Position numbers and translations under genes: made by a program. This document shows, in pieces, positions 51,301-64,000 of a stretch of DNA of 64,000 nt. The stretch's first letter is position 1, and each line of letters starts with the position of its first letter. The notes below the pieces were generated by a model. That model was given only the letters and a program-made list of their open reading frames with translations, was not told the origin of the DNA and searched no databases. Source of the DNA: Lama glama (taxonomy: Eukaryota); contig CM052817.1 in assembly GCA_028534125.1 (NCBI GenBank), positions 41,666,001-41,730,000 of the forward strand. Direction: 5' to 3'.

Positions 51301-52059
51301 ACTAGATTATTTTCACTACAGAATTAACTATTGTTTGACTCGGAATATAATTTTAATCATTAGTTACTGAAGGGTGATTACACACTAAAGAGCTGACCCA
51401 TCTCTGCTCCTGAAGGAAGTCACAACAACCCGATTGCTACCAACCTCTAAATCTGATGAATGACAAACCTGTAGCACTCTAAAAGCTGCATAGATTTTTT
51501 TCACTCAGAGAAAGAGCTATCAAGTCAATCTAGTAAAACCAAGTTCAAAAATGTTACTTCCTTCAGAAAAATAGTATTTCCAAATTAAATATTTTTACAA
51601 ATTAAGTAGACATTTCTCAAACCACTCCTTTCTAATAGATTCTAATAAAGCCCTATCTTGTGCCCAGAACTTTATATATAGTATCTAATAAGATTTTTAG
51701 GGCTACTACTTATTAGTAACTTACTATGTCAGGGAATTGTATCAGGAACTTTTAGGATACTTCATTGCTTTTAATCCTTAGAACACCCTCTGAAGTGGAA
51801 GGTGGCCCTTTAGATTAATTTATTTGCCTAAGTACAAAAATCTAATGAGTGCTTGAACCAAGACTCAAGCACAGGTCCTTTCTGTCTTTTGTCATATTCT
51901 CAATTTTTTACTTGCAGAAAAGCTCTCGGTCCTAAATTGCGTGTACCTCAGGCTCATTACACCACAATTACCTCAAGTCAGTTGTGATTGATAGCCAGAA
52001 GATTCTAGAAAATTGAGATAGAGTTTGAATTCCTTGGGAATTCTTTTATCTCAAGACAC

Positions 52060-52445
52060 ACATCAGGCAAATAAATGAAGGCACATCAGATAAATTCCCT
52101 ACTGAGGAATGTTCTGAGCAGTACTCAAAACTATCAAGTCTTCAAAACAGAGAAGCCAATAGGAGCCTAAGGAAACATAATGACTAAATATAATGGTGTA
52201 ATGCAATATCCTGGATGAGATACTGGAAGAGAAAAAGGACCTTAGGTAAAAACTAAGGAAATCTGAAAAAAGTAAGGACTTGAGTTAATAATAGTGAATT
52301 AACATTGGTTCATTAATTCTGACAAATGTTTCATAATGATGTAAGACATTAATAATAGGATAAACTGAGTGTGTGGTATATGGGATCATAAATTTTCTCT
52401 AAATCTAAATCTATTGCAAAATAAAAAGTTTATTAAAAAGGAAAA
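52060..52445 (+). mobile_element. L1MC-type 3' end
   Basis: ggagcctaaggaaacataatgactaaat...atcctggatgagatactggaa...taaatctaaatctattgcaaaataaaaagtttattaaaaa. Confidence 0.8.
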
Positions 52446-54653
52446 AATGCTACTGTATAATTCATTTTTACTAAATAAGACCTATAAACACAATTTACAA
52501 ACTGAATGCAATTATTTTTGGTGAAGATTTACCAGAACCAAATAAAGGCAATTTTATTTGGTGTATCATATCCATGTGCAATATTCCAACCTGCAACCTA
52601 GCTTAATTAAGTCTTGGTTCATACTCTGCTTGGATCTGCTGGTCATTTTAGTAATAGTATTTTTATACAACCTATGTCATTAGTTCCATACTTAAGGCAT
52701 AAATTTACACCATCCTCTTAACTCTTCTCATTCTGATCATGTGTAAAATGGAGATAACAAAAGATAACTCACAGGACTGCAGTTACGATGAAATGAGATA
52801 ATGACATCAAGAGTAGTGGAAAATCTTCATATTTGTCAGCTCTTAAAATATACCGCATCCTATTCAAACATTATTTTCGAGTATAGGACATCAAGTGTTG
52901 CTTTCTTGCCTACAAACATCTGAAAGCTTTCAGAGTTAATGAGAAGCAGTTTAGAAATATCCGTTTGAGATTTCACTGCAAGATGGGCTAAGACACGCGG
53001 CTTCTGGATGAATCACCAAACGTTGAGCACCAAGGTTTCAACACAGTGACGTGCAGCCACTATTCCTGAAGATTTGCTGTCTCACTGCTTCTAGGTCATG
53101 TCGTTTCCTGTGATTTAATGCCTGCCTGCACTGTGGAGCTGGCTTAGACACTTAGTATATCTATGATCTTTATTTCAAAGTTAGGGTTTATCTGTCCCCC
53201 CCCCCCTTTTTTTTAAGCCAGATGAATTGTTTAGCTTTGTCTTGGTTGAAATAATAAGATGCTGAAAACTCCTCTTTGGTAGTGTGAGCCTTAGTTTAGG
53301 ATGCTTTTATTCATCTATCAGAAATGTTTTCTTATCCTTCAGGAATATGCACTGCCACAGATACAGTGACCAACCCAATCCTCAACAAATGAAGAAGCAT
53401 TTTGCATGATATATTTTGAAGTGATTTGCACCTGAGATGATCTGGGTTCTTTTCAAACATGGAACTCAGTTTCTCAAGTTGAGGAGAAACTTGAGGCCTA
53501 TCATTATTACAAAAGGTGGACAAATTTTTAACAAATCAGTGTGCTTCCTATCAACTAGATAAATGACTCCTAAGGAATAATTTATATGGTGAGTAGATCT
53601 TGTGTGTTAATAGGTGCTAATATAGCGAACAGTCTTTGAAATGGAAAAGAAAATCATAAAAGGTAAGGGAAAGGAAGTGCTCAGATTCAGAAAAGCAGGA
53701 CTATTTGCCAAAACTGGGGCTGTAGCATGCAAAAATGTTAGGGGTAACTTAAATGAGCAGAACATGTACATCAAGTTTTTCAAAAGTGGAGATGAGGAAC
53801 TACCTATTTTCTACTATTTTCTCACTCTTCTTGTAAACTATAGTAAAAACCTTTGAGTTGGCTGATCAGGTTTGGAGGAGAGCCACAAATAGCGATAAAG
53901 AACACAGCAGGGATTACAACCAGCACCTGAATGAGGTACAGTGTCCTTGGACATCCCGACAAGGGAAAGACAGCAATTAAGGTCACTATACTGCTGTCTC
54001 TAAAATGAGATGTCTCTATTGTGAAGAAACTGCCATCTTATTTTCTGACCCTTTTTTTCCTATTATCTTCTTTTACAGAAAGGCATGAACATTCAGTTCT
54101 AATATGAGTTGCATAGGTAATGTTATCATATACCTTTAATAGATAAATGAAATAAACTAATGTTCAGTTCATAGTGAAATACAAAGATATGATCTTTATG
54201 GAAAACTCACATCTGTAAAGAGTTGCAAACAGATTGAACTAAATTTCCCAAAGAACAGCCTGGGTCCATATTTACAATCTGGCAATAATCATATTTACTA
54301 TAAATGATGAAAAAGACCACTTGTGTTAAACATGTAGGCATGAAAGACCTTTAGATACATTTACTTTTATGGCTTCTGACATGTGGCAAATTAAGTCATA
54401 TTTTATAGATTTCAATTCTACCCATTCTCAAATACCCCTGAGCAGCTGAATAGTCTCTTTTAAAGATTCCTACATAGGCTAAGCCAGAAACTAGTTCACG
54501 GAAAACCAAGTCATTATGTATTGTGAACTCAAAATTCAATTTAATGTTATTTTATATTTATAATCATTTATACGTATATATTAATAGCAATCATCAAATG
54601 TATTTCCTATTTTATCAGAGGTCTAAAGCTAACCACAGGATCAGATAAACCTC

Positions 54654-54672
54654 TGTGTGTGTGTGTGTGTGT
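54654..54672. repeat. (TG)9 microsatellite
   Basis: tgtgtgtgtgtgtgtgtgt. Confidence 0.9.
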
Positions 54673-55994
54673 ATAGAAACTTGTATATATAAAGAAAAAT
54701 TTATCTAAAGAATTAGATTGGGTTACGATGTTTCAAATTTTCCTTTTCCTTCCTTTTTTATCATTTCTGGCAACAAGTTATATGTGTATAAGTCATCGTT
54801 CTACATATGTTTTTTGCTGAATATTTTCGTGCTGGTTTGAGATGGCTCCTTTAGCATTTACATTCCAGGTTACAGGATTAGCATAGGAAATTCAAAGAAT
54901 TTTGTATCAAGAGTGAGCATTGCTAATGTGGAGTGAAGCTTGGCTCCTGGCCACACATGACAATACATTAACTCTTTGAAGTCAGGTGTGTTCATGAATT
55001 TAAATGCATATTTAAAAGTTACTTTTATGATTTTTTTCAGCAAGGATTTAGATCTCCTCTGTAAGGAAGAAATAAGAGTTGCTTTATCTATCTAGATATA
55101 TTCTTTCAAAAACAAATATTTACTATTTCCTTGTGTAATCAAAATCTTACTAAGTGGATGTGAAACAGTTTGATCTAGTTTTGGGGGCAACACTTCCTCT
55201 CAAATCCAACTCTTACCTACTGATGAAGATAGCAAAATTCTATCTTGTCTGAAACTGTTACCAGCTACCTGAATTTGAAAAAGAAACTGATGACTTAAAC
55301 CCACCTTCTTCCTAGAAATAAAAATAATACCCTACTGTTTGCTATTAACTAATTACTTGCCAATATACCTCAAAGAAACCCTAATACTTTAATGATCATT
55401 AATAAAATAATTTTGAAAAATTGCCTGAACTTTGCTGTGAATGACACAGTACTATACAACAAATACAATGTGTGTGTAAACCCACACTAAGTATTTACTC
55501 ACATAACTTAGAATGGCATATAAAAGAAATATTAAGTTTGACAATAAGCTACACAATCAGGTTGAGTCAACTATGAAAGCAGTTAGATGCAACCAAACCA
55601 ACTGATTTCACATTTTCTAAGAAATTTTTTTACATAATATCTAGTTTTTTTCATAAACAATACTACTGTCTACATATATATCTGAATCATCTTTTCATAC
55701 ATGAAGGACCAAAGCAACTGAATTGCCAGATAGAGTCACATTTCCTTTAAGGTAAAACATTATCTGTTTCTGAGATGAATTTGTCTTGAGCTTTTAAACA
55801 CAGAACATTGACAATGTCAAACTGAATTAAGTGTCTTTTGCTTTCTCTAGGCATCCACAGCTGGTCTCCTACATCTCACACTTATCTAAAGTCATATAGT
55901 CTTTAAAATTATCTCAGTTGTAGAAAATATTTTCAGATCCTGCTCTTTATAGTTCTCCCCTTGCCACCTACCAAAATAGCCCACCTATTCTCCA

Positions 55995-56242
55995 ACCCTT
56001 CCTTTTTTTCATAGCACTTATCAGAAGCTGACATTATTCTATCCGTTTGTCTGTTTATCTGTCTGTGTCTGTTTATCATCAGTCTAGGATAGATTTGTTT
56101 ATGGTTTATCTCCGTCACTATAACTGCACCTCCTTGAGGGCAGGGAAATTGTTTTATCTCCTGTGACAGACTAGAACTAGAATGACGCCTGGCACTTTTA
56201 AGAAACTCAATAATTATTTCTTGAATGAATAAGGAAATGAAT
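55995..56242 (+). mobile_element. L2a-like 3' end
   Basis: ttttcatagcacttatca...ctccttgagggcaggga...ctagaatgacgcctggcac...ctcaataattatttcttgaatgaat. Confidence 0.8.
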
Positions 56243-57569
56243 ATATAAGTGTAATGATTTTCATTAGAAAATGCCTTATTTTCCCTGTAAGAACACTATA
56301 CACTTCTTATTTTATAAGTTCAAAAAGTAATTTAGTAGTTCATTAAAAGTTTACTTGCATGCCTTTACAAGTTTTAATTTATATCTAATGCCCCTTCATA
56401 GATTTTCTGTTACAGTTCAGGCTGGGAGATTTATGCAGACTTCAAAGTTATTATTTACAGAACTTAATACATTACCTTATCTCAAAATTATAGCCACATA
56501 CAGATGATAAGTTACCATAACCACATTACTGATGTGGGCACAATTAATATTGATTTAGTAGTATAGTATATTCCTGGGAGTTTTAAAACTAACCTATACC
56601 AAGTGTTTCAATAAGGCTTATAATTCATCAAAAGTTAGAAAACAATGCTAAAATGATTGTCATGGCATTTGGCGGACAATGAAAAATTTATACTGGGTTT
56701 CTTTTTCTTCCTTTCCTCAAAACATTTGTAGAGAGTCTATTATATAACCAGCTCTTTTCTAACACAAAGAATACAGAGAAGAATGAGCTCAAAGTCTAGA
56801 GGGATATAGAAAAGTAAACAGAAGATAATAATGCAACTCCAGTTGCTGTTTCTTTTCTTTATTGACTAAGTAGATGAAAACTCATATGCATTTCCTAACT
56901 AAGCCTCTTATATGATCTCACTGTCTTCTATATTTTCAGTCAAAAGGGAAGATATTTATTAATTATTAAAAAGCTGGAGAAGCAAAGTTAATGTGTAATA
57001 GAAGAACAGGTAGCAGGTCAGTCTATCCATCTGGAAACAGCAAGCAGAACTCAAGAGTTCAAGGTGTGTGATTCTTAAAGCAAACTCCCACAGTATCTAT
57101 GGCTATTCTCCAAGTAAACAGCAAGATTTATGAAGGAAAACCATGAAACTGAATCATTTCTTTCAAATATTCCACCCTTTCTGGCACATTTCCAATCAGA
57201 TTGGCCTTTTTCCTGCTTCCAGTGTCTACACTCAAAACACACAATTTTTTTTTTTAAATGCAGGGAAATCTTTGCACAGCATTTTAAAGGTGAAATCACC
57301 TATAATAAAGAGAAAAGTTTATGGAAGCTTTTAGTAATGAGGCAATTTTGGGTTATAGCATAGTAAACACATGAGAAGCTGATAATAAAAACTATGAATT
57401 ATAAAAATAAATCAGCAAAGAACCCCAATGAGAATTGATGAAAATAAAAATAATCAGCAATTTTTTTTTTTTTTAGAAATCTATATGTAGGAAATGGCAT
57501 TACAAGGAAAAAAAAATCATGAATAGTTGATGAAAATCAACTTGGCCAAAGCCTTCCACAGTTTTAGGC

Positions 57570-58045
57570 CAACGAACTTAAGAAAACAAGGTCACTCACT
57601 ACTAGATCATGGTGAAATCAAGGCATTTTCTTCTTCCTGTTGGTTAAACTGAGCTTGCCATGGCAGTGCTAAATGAGTGAACGGTGAGGGCGAACAGATG
57701 GAGCAGGCACTGGGGTAACAGCCAGTGATAACGGGATTAAGTGAAAACAAAAACATGTTTAGAAACAACTGCACCTGCACCCATTAAAGCTTGCTTATGG
57801 CCACTGGGTCCTGATAGAAACCAGAACGTTTGACTCCTTGTAATTTGAAAGCTATTTTACAAGCCATTATTGTGCATTTCCTCATGCATGCCTTCCTTTT
57901 TATTGTCAGTGGAGGTTTCAAGGAAAATTGCCACAGGGCATTTTTAAAATGCAGAAGATCTGGCGATTTTACTGTGCCGGTTTTGTTTACCCAGATATTC
58001 TAACTTAATGTTTATTTTAACAACGTGGAATTACCTCGTACTTGT
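57570..58045. promoter_or_regulatory. Candidate enhancer (repeat-free, CpG-retaining, motif cluster)
   Basis: About 9 CpG in 470 bp; AACAGATGG 57693-57701, TGATAA 57726-57731, GGATTA 57734-57739, TGTTTAC 57984-57990. Confidence 0.3.
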
Positions 58046-58516
58046 TTCAATGCATGATTTGATTGGCATTTGAAAGCTTTCAAAAATAAAAAAACTAAAT
58101 AAATCAGATACTACTCTCACAAAGGTTTTCCTTCAGATTTTTCAAGAGGAAAGGTAGGTGTCATCTTTAAACATACACACTGAGAAAAGGGGCACATAGC
58201 ATTCGGTTGTGTGTTTGAGTTAGCAGATCTCTCAAATCATTACAACAAAATGTGAGCAGTAGGTACAAAACCCAGAAGTAATACAGAGGAAGTGCTATGT
58301 AAGGTTACCACCCCAGGAAATCTCAAAGTAAGACTAGATAGAGAACAAGTGGAGATGAAGGGCAGTCTAAGAAGAAAAGAGACACGTGAAAAGGGGGAAG
58401 AAGTGAAACAACACAGTGCATCTGGGAATTTCTAGAGCTGTTCAATATTTTAGTGGTGTAATTAAGCTAACAGCAGCCAATGCACTGCATGGCAGTGTGA
58501 CAGTTGTGAAGAACAG

Positions 58517-59000
58517 TGTATTAGTTATTTATTGCCCAAATTATCCTTAAAATTTAGCAGCTTAAAACAACATTTATTATTTCACAGTTCCTGTGAGCCA
58601 AGAATCTGGTCCCAGCTGACCTGGGTGCCTCTGTCTCAAGGTCTCTCATGAGGTTGTTGGCAAGCTGCTGGCCAGGGCTACAGTCATCTCAAGGCTTGAC
58701 TGGGAATAGAGTCATTTCCAAGCTCACTCAGGTGGGTTTCTCCCAAGGGCTGCTCATAATATGTCAGCTCGCTTTCCCCAGAATGAGCAATCTAAGAAAG
58801 CGTGCTCATGAAGGAAGTCACAGTCTTTTATAACCCAATCTCATGTGTGACATGCCATCATGTCTGCTGTATTCTGTCTGTTAAACGTGAGTCACAAAGT
58901 CCAACCCACTCAAGGGAAGGTGATGGCATTAGGACATGAATATCAGGATGGGAGGAGCACTGGAGGATCACTGGAGCCACATAAGGGGCTGCCTACCACA
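58517..59000 (-). mobile_element. MaLR solo LTR (MLT1F/G/H-like)
   Basis: tgtattagttatttattgc...cagtcatctcaaggcttgactggg...ggctgcctaccaca; flanks aacag / aacac resemble a 5-bp TSD. Confidence 0.85.
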
Positions 59001-60709
59001 AACACACATGAATTTCCCTCTAGGCATGCTTATGGTGGTGTTGCCAAGCCTGAGGAGTCAACAACCAAAAGAGTGTTGAGCTGGCATTAGTGTAAGCCAA
59101 AGCTTTCACACAGAACCTTATATATATTCTTTTGCCTATGAGACCAAACTGGTGGCCTCAATTCTGCAGGTGACTAGGAAATCTGTGAAAGCTTTGTGGC
59201 AGCACCCAGAGTACAGACATTTATTAGGATAAAGATGCATCTACCTTCCTTTTTTTTTTTTTTGGAATCTCAACCTCACCATTGAAGGGAAACAGCCAAT
59301 AGCAGCAAACTGCAATCTTCTTTTTCATGTATCTAAGAAACTTTGTCTTGGTTAATCAAAATCCCTTTTCCTGAGCACAGGAAAACGGAGTTAATCTCTT
59401 TTGGTTGTATACAAGTTCGAGGAGCAAAAGCATCTTTTAAAAAATGAGTATACCATTGGTGCGAAGGTCAAAGCAAGATACTGGATAAGTAGGCAGGAAC
59501 CAGAAAAGGTAGGCTTTGTCTCTCATACTTAAAAGCTTAGATTTATGCTGTGGGCGGTGTGTGACCTCTGAAGCGGTTATGCTTTATAGAGAGCACATTG
59601 ATAGCAACGTGGAAGGAAGAGTGGGTTTGAAGGCTATGTTTCAAGGATGATTACTTCTTCAAATCCTCATATTTGGGACTGGTGCAGGAACTAAGACGGG
59701 CAGAAAAGACAGAGAATGGAATTGAGAGTTTTTTTAAAAGCAAAATGCATGAGATGATGACGGATTGAATGTAGAGTGTATGGAAGAACGAAGGACTTAG
59801 GTTAATTCCCAGTCTCCTAGTTTACTTGATGAGATCAATTGGGAATACAGAAGGAAATGTACATTTGAAAGAATTTATAATAGGAAAGAATAAATACAGA
59901 ATATGGCTTTGAAAAGTTTCAAAAATCTGAGGTCAAAAGAAAATGAAGAAAGAACTAAAATAAATCATGCTACTGGAAAACATTTCTTAAAAAGCAAACA
60001 GAATCCATAGTAACATTCTTCAGTCTACTGCTTTTTGTTTTACCACAATATTTTTTAGTTTATTACTCTATTATCATTGGAATACATGAAAAGTGCTAAG
60101 CCAAAGTTTTGTAGACTCAGAATTAAAGAAACAAATAATATTAGAGAAAATAATATTCTACATGTTTGGAAAAATAAGGGGATAAAAAAGAATATTACTA
60201 TTGTGCAACAAATCATGTCAGTTTTAAGATTATTTACCGAGGTCGGAATACGGAAATATTAAGGATAGTTTTCTTTCCAAAACCAAGTGGAATTCTGTTG
60301 TTGCTATTAATTCTTAAATTATAATATGTTCTCAAGGAAAATCCCCGACATTCATGGTTTTAGACACAGAAATTGTTTGTTATTCATTAGATGCAAAACT
60401 GACTTGAGCTTTCCTTAGCCTGCCAATTAACTGTTGCAAAAAGAAATTCTATTTACAAATTTATTAATATTGCTATCACTTCAAAGTGGGAAGAAGAATT
60501 TCCTAACATATTTTACCAATAATTTTACATTTGTTCTCTAAACCATTTTCTGAAATATATTTTGCTTGTCGATGGGAGCACAGGATTTTAGAAACTGAAA
60601 CCTAAAGGATCTGTCCCAGATCTAACAACAGAATATACTTAGGCAACATCTTAAAATAAGCCTCCTTGACTTGTTAATAATGGTAATAATAATAGTTTAT
60701 GATAATAAT

Positions 60710-60940
60710 GACAATCAATATAGAACATTTATTGAGTTCTTACTAAGTAACTGACACTATGCAGGGCTGTTTAGGTGTGTTCTTTCTTTAACTTCCTTAA
60801 CATTTCTATGTGGGACTATTATTAGCTATTTTAAAGATGCGGACACCAAGGGCCATTCTTCCACAAGACAAGAATAGTGGAATCAAGATTTGAACTCAGG
60901 TAGTCTGGCTGAAGAGTCCATGACTTTTAACCACTTCTGT
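60710..60940 (-). mobile_element. MIR SINE
   Basis: aacatttattgagttcttact...tagtggaatcaagatttgaactcaggtagtctggctgaagagtcc. Confidence 0.75.
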
Positions 60941-62134
60941 ATGTTTTTTCCAGGCATTTATTGTCCTTAAAGCAATGAAACATTCCAGCGCACTTGAGTT
61001 AATACAGTTCATTTTCTACATTCTTTATCCTTTTGGAGGAGTAAAGTGAAGTACGGCCTAGTTAAATAATTTTCTGAAGATATTTTAGCTATTTAAAAAT
61101 ATTACAGTAGTAAAGTAGTAAATAAAGTGTTCCAGAAGGAAAATAAGAATATGTAGATACCTCTGTTAAATGACCTGGAATGTTGAACTATGTCATATTT
61201 TACTTGTGAACCAAAATAAAAATGTTTTTTTCTAGAAATGATACATAGATGTTCTTTCACATTGAAAGTAAATATTTTTCTTGAACTATCTAAATGTTAT
61301 CTTGGAACATATAGAGCAATGCCCTAACTCATGGTGATCTATTTTCTTTTATTTATTTTTTTACTTTATTTTTGCTGAAAGGCTGGGGGTCTCGGGTGGA
61401 AAGATGAAAACTTTAGATTTTATCTGAAGTAAATGACTGAACTGAAAGAAAAACAATACAACCATGAAAAGTATTCTAGATGAGAAAAGACCAATTGATA
61501 AATTCATACCTCCATCCAACTGATTATATAATATCTCTTGGGTGCTGTGGTAATACTGTTAAAACATGGTTTGTATCTTTGAAATATCAGATTTAATTTA
61601 AATCAATTTTAAGCCAACTACTTTAGTTCACCATTGGTGAGTAATACAGCCAGTCCCCACAATGTTTAAGTTAGTGAAGAAATGGAAAATCAGGGAAAGA
61701 ACATATGCTAGTTTTGATCTGCTGTGAATGTGAAACACCAAAAGCATTACAAAGAAAGATAGTTCGTAACACATTTCAGCACCAATGAAGTGTCGGGGGA
61801 AAATTTAATCTTGATACATTTTGCTTTTACTTTCCTTTTAATTCTCATTATCTGATAATCACTTATTCAACTTTGAACACCAGTTGTATAAATGTATTTG
61901 TTTCATTTTTAAGTAATTTAAAATATAATATAAAATAAGTATAAAGTAAGTGTATTTGGAGGCTTTTTAAGAGATATTTTCTTCTCTCTTCTAAGTTAAA
62001 TTTACCGAGTATTTGTGATTGCCTCATGGGACACATTTTTTTTTAAGGCAAAAGAAAATCCACCCAAACACTTGAAAATTACAGGCAGCTTCAATCTATA
62101 AATTTTAATGTTATTATTCTAATTATGTCATAGA

Positions 62135-63200
62135 GGAAGAGTCCAAACTTCTGGCTAAATTTGACAGATTGAACACACCCATTTACCTCTGCTCCCTCTG
62201 GAAAGCCTAATGAAATTACAGTAAAGGCATAAAAATTGTGTAAACTCACAAGGGCAATGAGAACTAGGGAGGAAGTGAATGACAAAGAGAGAAAACCACA
62301 AAACCATAGACGATGTAAAGCAGATTGTGGGGCACTGGTTAATGCAGCAGAAGAGGTGGATGCCTGAGTGTTCTCTGCAAAAGGAAGAGGAAATTAGAGG
62401 CACTAGGCACGTAAAAGCTCCACTGGGTATTCAAGTTATGTGAAAACCTGTATGAGTACTGGTTAGAACTGTCTTCCATCCCCATCCTAGCTCTGGCATC
62501 CAGGAAAGTGTCTTTCCTTCCCTTGCACACATTTAGAGACGTTGAAAAATACAGGGTCTCTGGAACTCAGAGACCAGTCAAGCAGGAGGATCTGAAGCTA
62601 CACTGAAAACATAATCATAAAGTGTCAACAAACCAGAAGGTCTAAATAAGAACATCCCAGCTCCCTTTTCTGATTAACTCTCAGACTGGCAATGAGGTCT
62701 ATACTTGCCACCATTTTGTCCCTGTAATGGGCAGATGATTAGAGAAGTCTTTGCTGGTGAAACTGACCTCTGAAGAGAAAGAACCTGACTTGGGTTAAGA
62801 CCCCCTTGACTAATTGGGTTCTTCTTCACTCAGGAGCTCCATGATGAGATCTACTTTGGTACCTTTAGAAAAATTCTGCCACGGAGACAGAGACCTTCCA
62901 AATGGAGTTTTTAGTCCTTTCTCTTAAATATAAATAAACTAAGGAACTCCAGATATTGGAGGGAAGTTTCTAACATAAACAAAAATGATAAAAAAGACAA
63001 AGAGAAAAGGAGACTCAGGAGAAATTTAGTCAATGAAGAAAGCAAAATAAAAATCTCAAAATACACAAAATTGACATCCTCAAAGAGCTGAAAGAAAGTA
63101 GCTCACCACAATGTAAAAAAGAAACACTCAGAGAATAAGACCAATCTTTCAGGAATTAGAAAAATAATGGAAACAAATATTCAGGAAATATTAAAGAAAG
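62135..63200 (+). mobile_element. Old L1/HAL1-type 5' region
   Basis: acttctggctaaatttgacagattgaacacacc...ctctgctccctc followed by A-rich ORF1-like decayed sequence near 62940-63200. Confidence 0.5.
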
Positions 63201-63210
63201 TACTTGGATG

Positions 63211-63570
63211 TAGTGATGTATCAAGAATGGAACAGTGGGAGTGGCCTTACCTGGATGCAGGCAAGAAAGGGTTGCATGGTGAGCAGAAAATTTAAAAGTA
63301 ATAAAACCAACTAAAACTAGTCTGCTTTTTATTATTATCATGAGTCAACAATTCTAAACCACATCAGTGATAAAGTATTCTTATCCACAACAATTTTGTG
63401 TGCATCTAATTGCTAAACAGTTGTTGCAGCTACTACTGAGTCTAAGAAGAAATGAACTCAAGGAAACAAAGATATGGATGGACAATACTAACATTTTTAG
63501 AATTTACTGTGAAATGAGAATTTTATGTTTTAATAGTGATTTACCTATTATCATTTCTTATTTTATATAA
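63211..63570 (+). mobile_element. hAT-Tip100 DNA transposon, MER97-like
   Basis: tagtgatgtatcaag...cagtgggagtgg...tgcaggcaagaaagggttgcat...aataaaaccaactaaaactagtctgctttttattatt...caattctaaac. Confidence 0.8.
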
Positions 63571-63804
63571 TTTTGCTCTCCTGCCCTTTTTTCCTTGTGA
63601 AATTAGCAAGTGGTTTGTCTATTTTGTTACTTCTTTTCATGACAACAGGACTTAATTATTAGTAAGGTAGACTATTTTTCCATTGTCTTTACTTTTATAT
63701 TTAGTAACTCCTCTTTTGAGCTTCCTTTGATTTGCTGTTTTTTTATTTGTTTTTTGGGGGGTGGGGTAGGCTGTAGTTATTTAATTCATCTATTCATCTT
63801 ACTT

Positions 63805-64000
63805 TAATATTTTAATAGGTATTATTGACATACATTAAAATATGCACATATTTAAAGTGCATTATTTAGGTTTTGCCTGCATAAAATCCATAAAACTGTA
63901 CTGACAGTAAGGATGATGAACACACCTATTACCCCAAAACTTTTCTTTTCACCTTCTATGATCTTTCTCCCACCTCTCCCCAACCCCTCATCCCGAGACA
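63805..64000 (-). mobile_element. Old L1 3' end (runs off window)
   Basis: ttattattgacatacattaaaatatgcacatatttaaagtgca...gaacacacctattaccccaaaac. Confidence 0.75.

Noticed and set aside
1..64000. Prokaryotic-style novel system (operon, CRISPR array, defence island)
   Set aside because: Mammalian repeat-laden DNA; no long intact ORFs, no regularly spaced repeat-spacer array seen

Overview
AT-rich, CpG-depleted placental-mammal genomic DNA, most likely camelid (a vic-1-like tRNA-derived SINE and camelid-type L1 tails are present). There is no prokaryotic content, no CRISPR array and no intact long ORF; the supplied ORFs are chance frames, decayed LINE-1 ORF2 pieces or artefacts of an exact 500-N scaffold gap (12513-13012). 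Left of the gap there are repeat-poor stretches with a few short exon-like segments, probably the 3' end of one gene or of two convergent genes that I cannot name. Right of the gap is repeat-rich intronic/intergenic DNA (L1, L2, MIR, MaLR and ERVL LTRs, hAT DNA transposons) with a few enhancer-like islands. I found no convincing new biological system. The best observations are mutational scars and exon candidates: a locally templated, iterated insertion (26240-26277), an L1 whose 5' UTR is fused to ORF2 with ORF1 missing, a twin-primed inverted L1 with a duplication, a template-switch hairpin in an LTR, and a segment that looks like an exon on both strands (12363-12476). Repeat family names are from recalled consensus resemblance and boundaries are approximate unless stated.
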